A stretch of DNA of 32,000 bases from Desulfobulbus propionicus DSM 2032. Lineage in GTDB: Bacteria > Desulfobacterota > Desulfobulbia > Desulfobulbales > Desulfobulbaceae. This document shows positions 30,068-32,000 of this stretch, in pieces. Below the pieces are notes generated by a model, which was given only the letters and a program-made list of their open reading frames with translations, was not told the origin of the DNA and made no database searches. Within the stretch, counting starts at the first letter, position 1, and each line of letters begins with the position of its first letter. Location: contig NC_014972.1 in assembly GCF_000186885.1 (NCBI RefSeq), positions 3,570,001 to 3,602,000 on the forward strand, written 5' to 3'. Both the position numbers and the translations under genes were made by a program.

Positions 30068-30135
30068 GGTGGTCACTGCAAAGGAGCGATGACACCGGGG
30101 TGGTTCGTGCTTGGGGAAAGAATACCCAGCTCCCG

Positions 30136-30162
30136 GTCATTTCGACCAAAGGGAGAAATCTC
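30136..30162. repeat. Half-copy of the gtcat..tcga....gagaaatctc repeat seen at 5597-5624
   Basis: gtcatttcgaccaaagggagaaatctc versus gtcatgtcgagcgcagcgagaaatctc. About 20 of 27 positions are shared by eye, and it is intergenic. Confidence 0.4.
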
Positions 30163-30361
30163 TGTACTCCGGCATCACAGCGGTGGGCAGGCATACTGCC
30201 GCCTGCGCCACCCTACGAGATCGATCATGCACGTTTTGATCGTTCCCATACTGGAGCGTAGAAAACAAACCCTGATTTCTGCGCCTCTGCGGGAGAACAA
30301 AAATGATCACCATACAGAGTTCAACAGCCTTGTTTTGCAACCCTAGAAAAGGAGAACCACA

Positions 30362-31108
30362 ATGCTCTACAAATCGCTGATTCTAGGTGTGCTCTTCAGT
30401 ATCGGTATCTTTGCCGGCAAAAGCGGCATTGGCCTGGCCTATCTGCTTGGGCGCACGCCATCCTGGCGAGGCAAGGCCCTGCGTCTGCTTGGTTTTGCCC
30501 TGCTCTACGCCCTGGTGTTCGCATTGGCGGCCTGGGGCCTGCGCCTCCTTGATCCCCTGGCGCACCTGGGGACTATCCAGCGTTTCCTGCAGTCCGGAAT
30601 GCAGGCGCACCTATTGATGGCCGGGGTGATGATTGCCTGGGGGCTGGCCTTGCTGCGCAAACCCCATCAGCACGGCAGCGCCAGTCGCGGCTGGCTGCTT
30701 TTGACCCTGCCCTGTCCGGTCTGCGCCACGGTGATCGTCTTCAGCCTCGCCTTTGGCCTGTCACTCTTTCCCGACCACTTTTCCCAGGTGGCCGGCGGTC
30801 TCTACCTGGCCTTTCTTGTTATCAGCCTGATGGTGATGGGCTTGATGCTGGGGTTGGGTAAAATGACCGCGCAGTCTGCGGAAACCCTGCTCGGCGGGGC
30901 CATGGTGCTGCTCGGTACCTACTTCCTGCTCTCCATGGCCATCCTCCCCCAATTCACCGATGTCGATGCGATCTACCGCATGGCCCATCACCAGGTTCCC
31001 GGTCAACAGCAGGATCTGCGTGCCCTGCTGCCGCTGGTAGTCCTCACTTTATCAACCTTTCTGGCCGGTTTTGGCCGTACCCACCAAAAAATACGGAGTT
31101 CGCACTAA
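30362..31108 (+). CDS. Polytopic membrane protein with intramembrane CPVC motif (DUF2162-like predicted transporter)
   Basis: 248 aa, RBS aaaaggagaaccacaATG, about 7 hydrophobic segments, LLTLPCPVCATVIVF within a TM. The family name comes from recollection of CobN-linked DUF2162 genes and needs HMM confirmation. Confidence 0.6.
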   Translation: MLYKSLILGVLFSIGIFAGKSGIGLAYLLGRTPSWRGKALRLLGFALLYALVFALAAWGLRLLDPLAHLGTIQRFLQSGMQAHLLMAGVMIAWGLALLRKPHQHGSASRGWLLLTLPCPVCATVIVFSLAFGLSLFPDHFSQVAGGLYLAFLVISLMVMGLMLGLGKMTAQSAETLLGGAMVLLGTYFLLSMAILPQFTDVDAIYRMAHHQVPGQQQDLRALLPLVVLTLSTFLAGFGRTHQKIRSSH

Positions 31109-31713
31109 TGGATATCGGCGCCCTGCTGCAAACCTTCATCTACCTGGTTTCCTCCTCCCTGCTCTACCCGGTATTGCTGGCACTCAGCCTGCTGGTGCTG
31201 GTGGTCATCGTCCAGGCCGGTGGTTTCTTTGCCGAGTGGCTGGAACGGGCACGGCTCAAACCCTGCCCTTCCCAGAACCTGCCCCGGCTCTTGCAAACCG
31301 GCCAGGCCCAGGGGATGATCTCGCACCGGGTCAACCACTACTTAAAGATCCTCACCGAGATCCGCGACCAGCCGGGAAATCATGGTATCGCCGTGGAAAA
31401 CCTGCTGCAATCCACCACCCTGGAGTTGTGGAAATCCATGGACCGGCTGCGCATCCTGGTGCGCACCGGCCCGTCGCTTGGCCTACTCGGCACCCTCATC
31501 CCCATGGGCACCGGCCTGGCCTCCCTGGGTCAGGGCGACATGACCAAGCTCAGTTCAGATCTGGTCATCGCCTTCACCACCACCGTGGTCGGCATGGCGG
31601 TGGGTACGGTGGCCTTCTGTTTCTACACCCTGCGCCGCCGTTGGCTGGAAGAGGATATCAAAAACATGGAACTGGCCACCGAACTGCTGCTCAATGGGCC
31701 GGTGGAGCACTGA
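31108..31713 (+). CDS. MotA/TolQ/ExbB-family proton-channel protein (non-canonical, CobN-associated)
   Basis: 201 aa. The TAATG overlap links it to the previous gene. It has an N-terminal TM plus a C-terminal pair with the signature GPSLGLLGTLIPMGTGL and VIAFTTTVVGMAVGTVAF. Confidence 0.8.
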   Translation: MDIGALLQTFIYLVSSSLLYPVLLALSLLVLVVIVQAGGFFAEWLERARLKPCPSQNLPRLLQTGQAQGMISHRVNHYLKILTEIRDQPGNHGIAVENLLQSTTLELWKSMDRLRILVRTGPSLGLLGTLIPMGTGLASLGQGDMTKLSSDLVIAFTTTVVGMAVGTVAFCFYTLRRRWLEEDIKNMELATELLLNGPVEH

Positions 31714-31714
31714 G

Positions 31715-32000
31715 ATGCACTACTTCCGCCCGCGCAGAACGAGCAAATCCCGCAAGGGTTTCAGCGACCCGGCCTTCCGTGACGACGATCCCATGACCGG
31801 AGTGGCCAACCTCTTTGACATTGGCCTGGTGTTCATTGTCGGCCTGCTACTGACCCTGTTCAACGCCTACCGGCTCCAGGATCTGTTCGACAGCAAATCG
31901 GAGATGACCATCATGAAACAGCAGGCCTCGGGCGAGATGGAGATCATCGTCAAGAAAGGCACCGAAATCAAGGCCTCGCGTGTCACCCAAGAGGCGGCCC
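31715..32000 (+). CDS. Small single-TM protein (DUF2149/ExbD-like partner), truncated by the window end
   Basis: ATG at 31715 lies 1 nt after the previous stop and the frame is open to 32000. Translation is MHYFRPRRTSKSRKGFSDPAFRDDDPMTGVANLFDIGLVFIVGLLLTLF.... The ANLFDIGLVF plus TM segment resembles the ExbD/DUF2149 N-terminus. It is not in the ORF track because there is no stop. Confidence 0.55.
   Translation, partial: MHYFRPRRTSKSRKGFSDPAFRDDDPMTGVANLFDIGLVFIVGLLLTLFNAYRLQDLFDSKSEMTIMKQQASGEMEIIVKKGTEIKASRVTQEAA

Noticed and set aside
30089-30346. 85-aa ORF in the 294-nt gap after the CobN-like gene
   Set aside because: It has no RBS. It reads through the dispersed repeat (translated ...SFRPKGEISV...) and small hairpins, so the region is more likely non-coding.
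31071-31796. 241-aa plus-strand ORF (Arg/Pro/Gly/His-rich) overlapping the MotA/ExbB-like gene in another frame
   Set aside because: The alternative frame encodes a membrane protein with the MotA/ExbB signature and is translationally coupled to both neighbours. This ORF is compositional noise.

Overview
GC-rich, gene-dense window from a diderm bacterium. It is probably an anaerobe of the deltaproteobacterial/Desulfobacterota type, inferred from an exported CbiK and system-II cytochrome-c-biogenesis-like genes; lineage cannot be proven from sequence alone. Almost the whole 32 kb is a corrinoid/cobalt island under four cobalamin riboswitches. (1) The aptamer at 2387-2568(-) precedes a TonB-dependent receptor (157-2259) and a truncated secreted protein. 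(2) The aptamer at 19537-19699(-), with an intrinsic terminator, precedes a string of start/stop-overlapping genes: ccsA-like, resB-like, a BtuFCD-type importer, cobN, a second TonB-dependent receptor, chlD-like and chlI-like. An ABC-2 transporter and cbiZ follow on the same strand. (3) The aptamer at 22879-23044(-), with a terminator, precedes exbB-exbD-tonB(frameshifted)-cbiK(signal peptide). (4) The aptamer at 23293-23456(+), with a terminator, precedes a DUF4019-like protein, a signal-peptide BtuF-CbiZ fusion and an exported, C-terminally anchored CobN-like protein. After these come a polytopic CPVC membrane protein, a MotA/ExbB-like protein and a small ExbD-like/DUF2149-like protein that runs off the window. 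I saw no rRNA, tRNA, CRISPR array, transposase or integrase. The most interesting signal is the plus-strand operon. It places a class-I-chelatase homologue and a CbiZ amidohydrolase outside the cytoplasm, next to a proton-channel module. With the ccsA/resB-like pair heading operon 2, this suggests an undescribed PMF-coupled periplasmic corrinoid remodelling or (de)chelation pathway. All family assignments rest on motif recognition by eye and need HMM confirmation. The supplied ORF coordinates include stop codons and use alternative starts, and several starts were re-called.
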